Notes under the pieces: model-generated
Database searches by the model: none
Seen by the model: the letters and a program-made list of their open reading frames with translations, nothing else
What the model was told of the DNA's origin: nothing
Virus record (IMG/VR): IMGVR_UViG_3300030106_006546
Coordinates: 1-50,358 of that record
Source of the DNA: a virus
Lineage: Duplodnaviria > Caudoviricetes
DNA: 50,358 bases
Strand: one strand, 5' to 3'
Shown here: in pieces, positions 25,267 to 35,534 of the stretch
Position numbering within the stretch: position 1 is the stretch's first letter
Layout of the letters: every line of letters begins with the position of its first letter
Position numbers and translations under genes: made by a program

Positions 25267-25942
25267 AGATTTTGAGCTTGATGTAGCAGACTACGTCGAA
25301 GAGGCGTTTGAGCGTTGCGGCTTAGAATTACGCACGGGCTATGACCTCAAAACCGCCACTCGCTCGATGAACTTGATGCTGGCAGAGTGGGCAAACCGTG
25401 GTCTGAACCAATGGACCATCAATCAAAAAGTGTTGACGATGGTCAAAGACACGACGGTCTACACTATTGATACCACCACACCCACCGCTACGATTGACGT
25501 GCTCGATGTTTTCATTCGAGAGACGCTCGGCGGGGTATCGACGGACGTGCCCATCACCAGGATGTCACGGTCAGAATATGCCAATATTTCTACGAAAAGC
25601 ACGACGGGCAAGCCGAACCAATATTTGATTGATAAACAGATCAGCCCGACGATTACGGTTTGGCCCGCGCCAGATCAAAACAGCAAATACGAACTTTATT
25701 TGAATACGCTCAGTCGCATCGACGATGCTGATGTCGGCGCCAACACGATGCAAGTCCCATTCCGATTTTATCCTTGTCTCGCGGCTGGACTCGCGTACTA
25801 TTTGGCGCTCAAGCGTGCCCCTGAAAAGGTGGGCATGCTCAAGCAACTCTATGAAGAGGAGTTTGAGCGAGCTTTGAGTCAGGATGAGGACCGCGCTTCA
25901 TTTCGAGTGGCCCCCGATCTGCGCGGCTATAACATAGCGTAA
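25247..25942 (+). CDS. Putative head-tail adaptor / tail tubular protein
   Basis: EEAFERCG...WANRGLNQW...WPAPD pattern. Confidence 0.7.
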   Translation: MTVSGSKDFELDVADYVEEAFERCGLELRTGYDLKTATRSMNLMLAEWANRGLNQWTINQKVLTMVKDTTVYTIDTTTPTATIDVLDVFIRETLGGVSTDVPITRMSRSEYANISTKSTTGKPNQYLIDKQISPTITVWPAPDQNSKYELYLNTLSRIDDADVGANTMQVPFRFYPCLAAGLAYYLALKRAPEKVGMLKQLYEEEFERALSQDEDRASFRVAPDLRGYNIA

Positions 25943-26265
25943 TGGCTTACGCTTCAAACAAAAATGCGTATGGGATCTGTGACATCACAGGGTTTCGCTA
26001 TCGCCTGAAAGACATGAAAAAAACGTGGGACGGGCTGCTTGTTGGACCAGATCAGTATTCCCCGAAACACCCTCAGCTCATGCCCAAGCCGACACCGATT
26101 GATCCTCAGGCTTTACAAATAACCCGGCCCGATCAAGCGGCAGATGGAAATGACAGCACAGTGTTTACCGTGTATACAAATGTAGGCGATGGTAAATTAG
26201 GCACAGTTTTGCAAACATTTGCACTAACTGCTAGTGTCGGCAGTGTGGAGGTTACCACGTCATGA
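25942..26265 (+). CDS. Conserved hypothetical tail-region protein
   Basis: GICDITGFRY...KHPQL motif. Confidence 0.7.
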   Translation: MAYASNKNAYGICDITGFRYRLKDMKKTWDGLLVGPDQYSPKHPQLMPKPTPIDPQALQITRPDQAADGNDSTVFTVYTNVGDGKLGTVLQTFALTASVGSVEVTTS

Positions 26266-26912
26266 GTTTTACTTTAGCAACATTGAAAACGGCCGTGCAG
26301 GACTACCTGCAAGTCTCTGAGACCACGTTTACAAACCAGCTCGACACTTTCATTCAAGAAGCAGAGAGCAGGATTTTCAAAATGGTTCAGCTTCCTGAGC
26401 AGCGTAAAAATGTGCAGGGCACGACAACGTCTGGAAACAGATTCCTTGCGACACCGTCTGATTTTTTTGCACCGTTTTCGCTCGCGATCATCAACAGCAG
26501 TAACAAATACATTTATTTGGACTTCAAACACCCGTCGTTTTTGAAGGAGTTTAGTCCGACATCGACGACGACTGGCACGCCAAAGTATTACAGTCTGTTT
26601 GATGATTCTGCTTTTGAGTTGTCGCCTGTCCCGAACGCCAACTTCACTGTGGAGGTGCATTATTTGCACAAGCCAGCATCGCTTACCGCGGGCGCAACAA
26701 CAGGCACGACAATCCTATCCACAGACCACCCTGATGCGTTGTTATACGGCACATTGGTGGAGGGCGCTGTATTTCTGAAAGAAACACCTGACGTGATAGC
26801 TAACTTCGAGGCACGGTTCAAAGAGGCCGTGGGGAGAATGAAGAATCTGAGCGAGGGTCGCAACACACGCGACGAGTTCAGATACGATCTATTGCGTACA
26901 GGTGTGTCTTAA
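26262..26912 (+). CDS. Putative adaptor/tail tubular protein
   Basis: FIQEAESRI...GTPKYY...PDALLYGTLVE pattern. Confidence 0.7.
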   Translation: MSFTLATLKTAVQDYLQVSETTFTNQLDTFIQEAESRIFKMVQLPEQRKNVQGTTTSGNRFLATPSDFFAPFSLAIINSSNKYIYLDFKHPSFLKEFSPTSTTTGTPKYYSLFDDSAFELSPVPNANFTVEVHYLHKPASLTAGATTGTTILSTDHPDALLYGTLVEGAVFLKETPDVIANFEARFKEAVGRMKNLSEGRNTRDEFRYDLLRTGVS

Positions 26913-27634
26913 TGGAGAAACTGCCAGAACTAAAAGGAAAAAACGTAGCAATTATCGGCCTGGGCGCATCTCAGATCGACTACGTTATTGGCGTGGAAAA
27001 CAGCAAAACCTGGGATGAGGTCTGGACGATTAACTCTGCCTTATCGGTGTTTGATTGCGACAGAGTCTTCATGCTCGACCCCGCCAGCCGCTTTTTGGAC
27101 ACCGACGACGCAGGAAATCAGACTGACGTCATGAGGCGGTGGCTACCTACGTTCCATAAGCCTATTTATACGTGTGAGCTTGATCAGCGCGTGCCCGCTT
27201 TGGTTGAGTACCCCTTGGAAGAAGTCGTCATTGACCAGCGGTGTGCCTATCTAAACACGACTGTGGCCTATTCGCTGGCGTTCGCTGCATACCATGAGGT
27301 TGGCCACGTTGATTTATTTGGCATGGATTTTTCGTACCGCAAAAATCTACACTTTGCAGAGGCGGGGCGTGCATGCGTGGAGTTCTGGATCTGCAAACTG
27401 ATCGCGATGGGTATCACCGTTGGTGTCAGTCCCCGGTCCTCATTGTTGGATCAAAACGTCGATATCCAGGAGCGTTTGTACGGGTATCATCGATTACCCA
27501 ACCCCAAGATCGCCATGCCCAACTCGGAAGGTGAGTGGGTCGTTTGTAACCGATCAGAGCTTGCGAGCATGATTCAAAAACACAACATAGAGACGGTGGA
27601 GCCGCTCACCAGCCCGGAGCCTTACAAGGGATGA
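26912..27634 (+). CDS. Putative glycosyltransferase-like protein (Maf/MptE/sialyltransferase-type fold)
   Basis: VAIIGLGAS, WTIN, TTVAYSLAFA and VDLFGMDF motifs. Confidence 0.55.
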   Translation: MEKLPELKGKNVAIIGLGASQIDYVIGVENSKTWDEVWTINSALSVFDCDRVFMLDPASRFLDTDDAGNQTDVMRRWLPTFHKPIYTCELDQRVPALVEYPLEEVVIDQRCAYLNTTVAYSLAFAAYHEVGHVDLFGMDFSYRKNLHFAEAGRACVEFWICKLIAMGITVGVSPRSSLLDQNVDIQERLYGYHRLPNPKIAMPNSEGEWVVCNRSELASMIQKHNIETVEPLTSPEPYKG

Positions 27635-27921
27635 TAGACGATCAAATTGGCTTTCAACTCGGCCAGGTCATGGTGTCTACGACACACAACAAAGGTCATG
27701 ACGTAGAGTTTTGGGCAGCGCAAACCACCAAAAAAATTGTGGGCATCAGTGAAGAGGCAGACCCCCATATTCGCTTGCAAGCAGAGGCTTTCCGCAATCA
27801 GGTTTATACGTTAATCTTGTTAGGCATGAAGAATGCCATCGCCTCCGATCGCGTCACGATTCGAGGTAAACTTACTGCTCAAGGGCATGAGGACATGGCG
27901 AAAATCATCAAGGAGCTTTGA
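27631..27921 (+). CDS. Conserved hypothetical protein
   Basis: 96 aa, coupled to neighbours. Confidence 0.7.
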   Translation: MIDDQIGFQLGQVMVSTTHNKGHDVEFWAAQTTKKIVGISEEADPHIRLQAEAFRNQVYTLILLGMKNAIASDRVTIRGKLTAQGHEDMAKIIKEL

Positions 27922-27922
27922 C

Positions 27923-28351
27923 ATGGCTATAACCTCGGCAATACCAACCAGCTTCAAGCAAGAGCTCTTGGTCGGCACACATAATTTTACAGCTACGAGC
28001 GGCAACTCATTCAAGTTGGCTTTGTATACCTCAAGTGCGACTTTAGGAGCGTCAACAACCGCCTTTACGACTACGGGCCAAGTGAGTGGGACAAACTATA
28101 CATCTGGGGGGAACACGCTCACCTCCGTGACGCCTACGACTACGGGAACAACCGCTGTATGCGACTTCGCAGACCTCACGTTCGGAACTGCAACCGTCAG
28201 TGCGAGGGGGTGTATGATTTATAATGACACGCAGTCAGATAAGGCGTGTGCGATCATCGATTTTGGCGGCGATAAAACAAGCACGGCGGGTGATTTTACT
28301 GTGGTCTTCCCAAGCCCTACCGCGACAGGCGCAATCATCAGACTGGCTTGA
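27923..28351 (+). CDS. Putative tail protein
   Basis: MAITSAIPTSFKQELL...DFGGDKTST; likely ATG at 27923 after AAGGAG. Confidence 0.75.
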   Translation: MAITSAIPTSFKQELLVGTHNFTATSGNSFKLALYTSSATLGASTTAFTTTGQVSGTNYTSGGNTLTSVTPTTTGTTAVCDFADLTFGTATVSARGCMIYNDTQSDKACAIIDFGGDKTSTAGDFTVVFPSPTATGAIIRLA

Positions 28352-28357
28352 TGCGCT

Positions 28358-30250
28358 ATGCCGCTTACGAAGGTTGAGTTCCGGGCCGGAATCAATAAAG
28401 AAGAAACGCCTTACGCCAACAGCGGCGGCTGGGTTGATGGGAACCTAATTCGTTTCCGTAAAGGTCGCGCTGAAAAGGTTGGCGGTTGGTTCAAGCGTGG
28501 CACTAACACCTTTTTAGGTATCGGCCGGGCGCTGCATTCTTGGATCTCCTTGGGTGCGACGCGCTACATCGGTATTGGCACAACCTTCAAATACTATGTG
28601 GCTGAGGGTGATAACTACTATGACGTCACGCCCATACGCAAAACCTCTACCAATTCCATCACTTTTGCAGCCACGGATGGGTCATCAACTCTGACGGTCA
28701 CAGACTCATCACACGGCGCAGTCAATAACGATTTTGTGACAATCTCAGGCGCCGTCAGTCTGGGCGGGTTGATTACGGCTGATGTGCTTAACCAGGAGTA
28801 TCAAATCTCCCTGGTCACTGGCACCAACACCTATGAAATCACAGCAAAAAATACTTCAGGCGCCATTGTCACCGCCAATAGTAGTGACACAGGCAATGGC
28901 GGTTCTGGTGTGGATGGCGTGTACCAAATCAACGTCGGTTTGGACACTTATGTCCAAGGCACGGGCTGGGGTGTAGGGACGTGGGGTGCAGGAACCTGGG
29001 GTTCTGCCAGTGCCATCTCCGCTGTAAATCAACTCCGAACGTGGACTCATGATAACTTTGGTGAGAATTTGATTATCAACGTCCGTGGCGGCGGCATTTA
29101 CCGATGGGTGGAAAATAGTGGGACTAGCGTTCGAGCGGTCGAGCTGTCAGGAGTAACGGGCGCAAATCTAGTGCCCACACGCGGCCTTCAAGTTTTAACG
29201 TCTGAAACAGATCGTCACCTCATTGTTTTGGGCGCGGACCCGATATCGGGCAGCTCTCGCACAGGCGTTGTCGATCCAATGCTCGTAGCTTTCAGTTCCT
29301 CAGAACAAGATTTGGTCTTCGAGCCGTTGGCGACAAACAGTGCTGGTGACGTCAGGCTTTCCGCTGGATCATTCATTGTGGGTGGCATCAAATCTCGTCA
29401 AGAGATTTTGATTTGGACCGACACCAGTTTATACAGCATGAATTTTATCGGGCCGCCTTTAATTTTTGCAGTCAACCTGATCAATGAAGGATCGGGTCTC
29501 ATCAGCCCCAAAGGAGCTGTCAACGCACCAAACGGTGTCTATTTTGCCAGCAAAACAGGATTCTATTTTTACAGCGGCTCCGTGCAGAAACTGCCATGCA
29601 GTGTCCAAGAATATGTTTTCGACGATTTAGACTTGAGCCAAGCCTTCAAATGCTTCATGGGGCTCAATAGTGAATTTGGTGAAATGTGGTTTTTTTACCC
29701 TAGTATCACAGACGGCACTGGCGAGATTAGTCGTTACGTTATTTACAACTACGAAGAAAACCATTGGTCTATCGGCAACCTTGTGCGCTACTCCTGGCTC
29801 GATGCGGGCATAGAAGATCAACCCATCGCGGGTGTTACCACCAGTAACACACAGTGCCTTTTCAATCATGAAGTCGGGTTTGATGATTACCAAGATCCGA
29901 TGACGGGTGTATTCATTGAATCCGCTGATTTAGACATTTCTGAGGGCGAAAATTTTGCTTTTGTCAAAAGAATTATACCCGACGTCGCGTTTGTCAAATC
30001 ATCTGGACTGACCAACACCCCTGCGATGAATATTGTTGTCAAGCGTCGTGATTTCCCAAATGCGAGCTTAACGACAGACTCTACGTCTCAGGTTACCGAA
30101 AGTAGCACGTTGAGTAACGTCCGCAGTCGCGCACGTCAAGTCGTCTTGCGCTTTGAAAGCGATGATGACGGGACCACTGATAACCAACTCGGCTACAAAT
30201 GGCGACTTGGATCTACACGGCTGGATCTACAACCTAGCGGCAGACGCTAA
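28358..30250 (+). CDS. Putative tail nozzle/stabilisation protein (beta-propeller type)
   Basis: 630 aa, beta-rich; located before the ejection proteins. Confidence 0.7.
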   Translation: MPLTKVEFRAGINKEETPYANSGGWVDGNLIRFRKGRAEKVGGWFKRGTNTFLGIGRALHSWISLGATRYIGIGTTFKYYVAEGDNYYDVTPIRKTSTNSITFAATDGSSTLTVTDSSHGAVNNDFVTISGAVSLGGLITADVLNQEYQISLVTGTNTYEITAKNTSGAIVTANSSDTGNGGSGVDGVYQINVGLDTYVQGTGWGVGTWGAGTWGSASAISAVNQLRTWTHDNFGENLIINVRGGGIYRWVENSGTSVRAVELSGVTGANLVPTRGLQVLTSETDRHLIVLGADPISGSSRTGVVDPMLVAFSSSEQDLVFEPLATNSAGDVRLSAGSFIVGGIKSRQEILIWTDTSLYSMNFIGPPLIFAVNLINEGSGLISPKGAVNAPNGVYFASKTGFYFYSGSVQKLPCSVQEYVFDDLDLSQAFKCFMGLNSEFGEMWFFYPSITDGTGEISRYVIYNYEENHWSIGNLVRYSWLDAGIEDQPIAGVTTSNTQCLFNHEVGFDDYQDPMTGVFIESADLDISEGENFAFVKRIIPDVAFVKSSGLTNTPAMNIVVKRRDFPNASLTTDSTSQVTESSTLSNVRSRARQVVLRFESDDDGTTDNQLGYKWRLGSTRLDLQPSGRR

Positions 30251-30561
30251 TGAGTCGCTTGCTTGAGACAAGACTGCCCTCTGCCTTGAGCGAGACAGTT
30301 GATGCGAATACATTCAACCGCCTGGTGCGCGTGCTGGAATTGAACCTGGGGCGTGTAGATTTCACCGTTTCTCCGCATTTTTCGGCTACCGAAATCAGTG
30401 AGTTACAATTTGCAACAGGCTCGATAATCTTCAATACTACAACTGAAATTCACCAGGCTTTTGATGGCACGCAATTTCGCGATTTGTATAGCCATCAGAC
30501 CTACCCGACTGGGCTGGCGATTACCGCTGGTGTAGGGGCCGTAACAGTGAGTACACCATAA
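30250..30561 (+). CDS. Tail-region hypothetical protein
   Basis: 103 aa, coupled to neighbours. Confidence 0.65.
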   Translation: MSRLLETRLPSALSETVDANTFNRLVRVLELNLGRVDFTVSPHFSATEISELQFATGSIIFNTTTEIHQAFDGTQFRDLYSHQTYPTGLAITAGVGAVTVSTP

Positions 30562-32219
30562 TGGACCAGATGTTACAGAACAGAATTCAAGCACTGCTTG
30601 GACCCGAGATGCCAATGTCGTTTCAAGAGGGTGGTGAAGTTGAGCCAGCCCCTGCAATGATGATGGAAGCCACGCCCTCAACCGACGATTTAGAGCAAGC
30701 CATAAATGTTTTAATGGCGGAGCGCGACGCAACGGATGATCCGTTGGAACGACAGATTTTAGAAAGCACGACTGAAAACCTTGCGACTCAAAGCGCGGCA
30801 CCGATGGCTGAACAAGCCATGATGTTGGCTGAACAAGGAAGAGGGGGAGACACTCGTCTTGCTCATTTGCGTGTTGGCGAGGTCGTCGTGCCACCAGAAG
30901 CTTTTGACGACGCACAGTTCGAAGCCACGGTCGGTGCAAAATTCAAAGAGCTTGATTTAGATCCAGAGGCTTATATTGTCGGAGCGGGCATTGCCAGTCT
31001 CAATCCCATTACTGGCTTAGAAGAATTTGGTTTCTTTAAAAAAGCTTTCAAAAGCATCAAAAAGGTTGTGAAAAAAGTAGCGCCTCTCGCAGTATTTATT
31101 CCGGGAGTTGGAACTGCTTTGGGCGCGGCACTTGGTGGTATCGGCAGTTTGGCAGGGAGTGCGCTATCTGCCGTGCCAGGGCTGAGTGGAGTGGTTAGCA
31201 CCGTTGGCGGTGGATTGACCACTGCGCTGAAGGGTATTGGTAGTTTGGGTATACCAGGCTTATCGCCCGCTGCACAAGGAGCACTTGCTGGCGGCACGGG
31301 GTCAGCACTAAGCACCATAGGTGGCGCTCTTTCAAACCCTTTAGCTGGTGGTGTTTTCGGCGGTCAAGGCTCTACCTACGGCGGTGTTTCAGGAATGGAG
31401 GGAAGTCAAGATTATTTTCGTCGTTTGTTAGATGAATTAGCAGCGACAAGCCCACAAGCAAAAGAAGCGGTCGATCAAGCAAGAGCGTCGGGCGCCACAG
31501 ACGCTGAAATAGCAGAGGAAACAGAAAAAGAGAATCCCGGCCTCTTGGGTCAATTTGCGACTCTCGTTGGTCTAACAAGCAGTGGTACTGGCGGGCTTGG
31601 CACATTGGGCACCTTGGGCGCAATAGGCGCAGCAGGCGCGCTTGGGAAGCTCGCATACGATGAAAGCAAAATGAGGCGTGGCGTACCGCTTACACCTTTA
31701 ACGCAAGAAGGCGCAACGGGTCGGTATAACATCGAGGCAGAGGTAGCCCGTCGTATGGGCAAGCCCGCTCCAAATCCCGTTGAGTTTGGCCTCTTACCAA
31801 CAGGCACAATACCAACCCTAAGTGGCGGTCGAGCAACGCCTGAACTAGCGACGTCGATTGAACCTGTCGAAAATTCAGCCGTCATGACCGCCCGCTATGG
31901 TGGACCCGTTATGGCGTTCAAAGACGGTGGCAATGTGGACATGGCGGAGTTCAAGCGGATGGATGGCAAAATCGCTGGTCCCGGCACAGAGATTAGTGAT
32001 GACATACCTGCGATGTTGTCAGACGGTGAGTTTGTTATGACAGGCCGGGCAGTGCGTGGCGCAGGTGCTTTTGACATGACAAAAGGTGACGGTGGCATTG
32101 TGACGCTAACACCTAACGGTGCTGAAAGCCGCGAGAAAGGCACGAATCTAATGTACGACATGATGAGCCTTTTTGCGGAGTACGCTGATAAGCCGAAAGA
32201 AGCGAGGTCTGCCGCATGA
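30561..32219 (+). CDS. Putative internal virion/ejection protein
   Basis: GRGGDT, NPITGLEEF, a Gly-rich hydrophobic stretch, and GPGTEISDDIPAMLSDGEFV. Confidence 0.7.
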   Translation: MDQMLQNRIQALLGPEMPMSFQEGGEVEPAPAMMMEATPSTDDLEQAINVLMAERDATDDPLERQILESTTENLATQSAAPMAEQAMMLAEQGRGGDTRLAHLRVGEVVVPPEAFDDAQFEATVGAKFKELDLDPEAYIVGAGIASLNPITGLEEFGFFKKAFKSIKKVVKKVAPLAVFIPGVGTALGAALGGIGSLAGSALSAVPGLSGVVSTVGGGLTTALKGIGSLGIPGLSPAAQGALAGGTGSALSTIGGALSNPLAGGVFGGQGSTYGGVSGMEGSQDYFRRLLDELAATSPQAKEAVDQARASGATDAEIAEETEKENPGLLGQFATLVGLTSSGTGGLGTLGTLGAIGAAGALGKLAYDESKMRRGVPLTPLTQEGATGRYNIEAEVARRMGKPAPNPVEFGLLPTGTIPTLSGGRATPELATSIEPVENSAVMTARYGGPVMAFKDGGNVDMAEFKRMDGKIAGPGTEISDDIPAMLSDGEFVMTGRAVRGAGAFDMTKGDGGIVTLTPNGAESREKGTNLMYDMMSLFAEYADKPKEARSAA

Positions 32220-33919
32220 TTATGACACCAGGACAGCTTGCCCGAGTGCGGCGGATGCAAGAGGGAGGTGAAGTTGATGACCCCGTGGTCGAAAGCCCTG
32301 TGGTTGATGACGCGGCTCAACCTTTTGTTGATAGTGTCGTAAAAACTGAAAGTCGTTTAGACCCCATCACCATGCAATTTTTGTTCGGGTTGGATGGTCA
32401 AGGGGGATTCTTGCCCGGCGCCTTCCGTGCGGCGGAGCGCACCTTTTTCGACGAGGAAGGGCGTCCCATTGTCATTCCCACCGAAGTGGCAGGATTTTCA
32501 CCTGACCAAATTGCGGCGATGGAGCTCGCCCGACAAAACATAGGTATTCAACAGCCCTTCATCGATGAAGCAATGGCGTTAGGCCGTGAGGGTATTGGAT
32601 CTATTCGTCAGGGGCTTGCAGATCAAGCCCTCGCTTCCGGTCAGGGATTAGAGGCTATCAAAGAGGGCGCAAGGTTTGCTCTCGATCAACGCGATCTTGG
32701 CTTACAAGATGCCTTGAGCGGTATACAGGAGGGCAGAGGTCGTGCGATTTCCGCAGAGGAAAGGTTACGTGGCGATTTAAGTGATCTTGAAAGGCGCGGT
32801 GTGCGGGACACACAACGGTTTGGAATGGACCTGGGGCGTGCCAGGGACATTGGTCTTGCAGAAACTGCACGTTTACGACGAGGTCTTGGTGAGTCGCGAC
32901 AGCTTTTAGAAGACACGACGGGCGACTTCGATATCATTGGCGCAACGCAAAGACTTCAAGATCCGTTTGAGGACCAGGTGGTCCAGCAGATGATTCAAGA
33001 CGCGACTGAGGGGTTAGCGAAGCAAGACATGGCACAATTTGCCAGAGATGTTGCGACAGGCGGCGAATCGGCTTTCGGTTCGCGCGCGCGTCTTAGCGCG
33101 GCTGAAAGAGCTGAGGCTTTAGGTCGAGGCTTGGCAAAGCAGATCGGCGGACTACGCTCCGAAGGATTTAGAAGAGCACAAGAGACGGCGATCAGTGAAG
33201 ATGAGCGAGAGCGCCAAGCCAAAAGATCAGCGGCCAGTGGGCTGGCCAGTCTACGCGGGCAAGATTTTGCTGCGGGCACGGGCTTCGGTGATTTGATACG
33301 TCAGACAGCCGGAGAGCAGCTTGGCGCTCAAACAGGACTCGGAGAACAGCTTTCACGCTTCGCACAATCGCGCTTTGGCGCAGGAACTGATCTTGGATCT
33401 CGACTCAGCAACCTGGGTCTTGCAGAGGCCGCCGCTCGAGGCACGGCAGGATCGACAGGCATGGACGTTGCTGGGAATCTTGCGAGTCAATTTGGTCAGA
33501 TAGGGCGTGAGACAGCCGCAGGTGGTGCCACACTCGGCGCCGCCCAGTCTGGCTATGGCAGCACATTGGCTGGATTAGGTGGCCAAGCGCAACGAGCTGG
33601 CGCGGCCGACGTTGGAAGTCTTATGGGGATTGGCAGTATGCAACAAGGTCTACGTCAGCGCCAGCTAGACGCCCGGCGTGGCGATTTGGAACAGGCGCGC
33701 ATGGCGCCGTTAGCCCAATATCAAGCTCTAATGCCGTTCGCCAGCATGGTGCCCGCTGGCACAACCCAGTTTACAACCAACTTCGGAATGCCGCCCTCCG
33801 CGTTACAAGCGGGCTTGGGCGTTGGTTTATCTACCTTAGGGGCCATGGGCAACTTTACCGGGCAACCGCAATACAACTATTACGCCCCGCAACAGCAACA
33901 AAGTCAGCCGCAAGGTTAA
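32216..33919 (+). CDS. Putative DNA ejection protein (Gly/Ala/Gln-rich, helical)
   Basis: 567 aa; AFGSRA motif; C-terminal hydrophobic Gly-rich segment. Confidence 0.7.
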   Translation: MIMTPGQLARVRRMQEGGEVDDPVVESPVVDDAAQPFVDSVVKTESRLDPITMQFLFGLDGQGGFLPGAFRAAERTFFDEEGRPIVIPTEVAGFSPDQIAAMELARQNIGIQQPFIDEAMALGREGIGSIRQGLADQALASGQGLEAIKEGARFALDQRDLGLQDALSGIQEGRGRAISAEERLRGDLSDLERRGVRDTQRFGMDLGRARDIGLAETARLRRGLGESRQLLEDTTGDFDIIGATQRLQDPFEDQVVQQMIQDATEGLAKQDMAQFARDVATGGESAFGSRARLSAAERAEALGRGLAKQIGGLRSEGFRRAQETAISEDERERQAKRSAASGLASLRGQDFAAGTGFGDLIRQTAGEQLGAQTGLGEQLSRFAQSRFGAGTDLGSRLSNLGLAEAAARGTAGSTGMDVAGNLASQFGQIGRETAAGGATLGAAQSGYGSTLAGLGGQAQRAGAADVGSLMGIGSMQQGLRQRQLDARRGDLEQARMAPLAQYQALMPFASMVPAGTTQFTTNFGMPPSALQAGLGVGLSTLGAMGNFTGQPQYNYYAPQQQQSQPQG

Positions 33920-33923
33920 TTCG

Positions 33924-35534
33924 ATGGTGATGTCGTCTACAGAATTTATACCGCTGTCTGAGCAGATCAAGCGCCTGGGTGAGCAAACGGATTCGGAAAT
34001 GAATATGGGTGTGGCTTTGCCGCCTATTGAAGTACCACCGATGCCCACAGACCAACGAGAAATTGACGAATTGATAGCAGCCCTTGCTGTACAACAGGCA
34101 CAAATTAAAACTCCACTGCTGGAGGTGCCAGACTTTGATGAAAGTTTTGAGAGATACAAAACTCAACTAGAAAAGTTGTATGGTCCTCAGCCTCGCTCTA
34201 ACTTTTTCGATCTTGCTTCACAAGTAGGTGCTGCAATGCTCGCGGCTGACCCAGCAACGGGCGCTTTTCGATCCGCTGGCATGGGCTTGGCAAAATTCAA
34301 CCAGGAAGAGCGTGCGCGGAGACAACAAGAACAATTACAGCGTCGTCAGATAGGACTGAAGGCTTTTGAGCTTGCAAAGCAAGATGTGGACGCAGCCAAA
34401 AAAATGATCAACGAATATGATTTATTGGCGGCTAAAACAAAGCCCGAAAACAAAGTTAGCGAAATGACGGTAACAGACCCTGCTGGCCTCACAGTGGACG
34501 GGGTATATTATGAGGAAGGCTCACCCGCGTTGCTGACTGACGCAGAAATTTTTAGGTATCGCGGTCGTGTAGCAAAATCACCGAGCGGACAAGGCGGGGT
34601 TAAAGTACCCGCCGCTGGAGCAATCGCTTTTTATCAAAAGAAAGCGGATGCAGAAAAGACAGTAGAAGGTTTAGGCATGAGCCGCGATCATCCATCTTTC
34701 GAGTTGGCAGTGAAACAACTTGTACCAGAAGATGACGCTTTGGTTGGTGAAAGAATAATAAGCGGCGGCAAATATTTGGAGCTCCGCCCCTATGTGATTA
34801 ATGATGAGGTTACAAATATTTTTCTTAGTCCTATCACTGGAGGAGAGACGCGATTTGCGACTTATGCTGACGCAAGACTAAAAGAGATAGCGAAAAAACA
34901 AAGTGATTTTGCTGGTTTACAGCTTTCAACAATACCCCAAGTAGAGCGTGCGCTTGAACTACTATTAGAAACAAAAACCGGGAGATTGACTGAGATCACA
35001 TTTAACGTGCGTAGGTTGTTCAAACAAGTCTTTGGGACGATAGATCCAAGTATTGCAAATCTAGAGTCTTTAGTTGCTATTTCGAATCAGTTAGCTCCAA
35101 AAATGCGACCTGTAGGTTCGGGATCAACCTCAGATATGGAGTTTCAAGCTTACAAAGATGCAATCCTTAGCTTAGGTAATACCCCAGAAGCAAACTACAT
35201 TGCGCTCTACGTTTTTAAACGGATGACAGAAAATTCAATAGCCAACAATCGTGCAGAGCAGGAGGCACTCAGCACCGATCAGTACCGATCTCAAGCTGAA
35301 GTAAATGACTTTCTTGATCAAGAGGTCGATAAGGGAATCTTCGAAAAATTTACGGGCGATTCAGACGACGATAAACAAATTACATCTTTTTTGGAATCGT
35401 TGCCACGGGGAGCTGTTTTTTTAAATCGTGATTCGCAAGGTCGGCCGCTGGCACTGAATGATGCCGATGGTAATGATATAAGTGACCAAATTTATGTTAT
35501 TAAGGGTTTTGATTTCACGGAGTCAAACGATTAA
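33924..35534 (+). CDS. Putative internal virion protein
   Basis: 536 aa; GSGSTSDME motif; located in the ejection cluster. Confidence 0.65.
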   Translation: MVMSSTEFIPLSEQIKRLGEQTDSEMNMGVALPPIEVPPMPTDQREIDELIAALAVQQAQIKTPLLEVPDFDESFERYKTQLEKLYGPQPRSNFFDLASQVGAAMLAADPATGAFRSAGMGLAKFNQEERARRQQEQLQRRQIGLKAFELAKQDVDAAKKMINEYDLLAAKTKPENKVSEMTVTDPAGLTVDGVYYEEGSPALLTDAEIFRYRGRVAKSPSGQGGVKVPAAGAIAFYQKKADAEKTVEGLGMSRDHPSFELAVKQLVPEDDALVGERIISGGKYLELRPYVINDEVTNIFLSPITGGETRFATYADARLKEIAKKQSDFAGLQLSTIPQVERALELLLETKTGRLTEITFNVRRLFKQVFGTIDPSIANLESLVAISNQLAPKMRPVGSGSTSDMEFQAYKDAILSLGNTPEANYIALYVFKRMTENSIANNRAEQEALSTDQYRSQAEVNDFLDQEVDKGIFEKFTGDSDDDKQITSFLESLPRGAVFLNRDSQGRPLALNDADGNDISDQIYVIKGFDFTESND

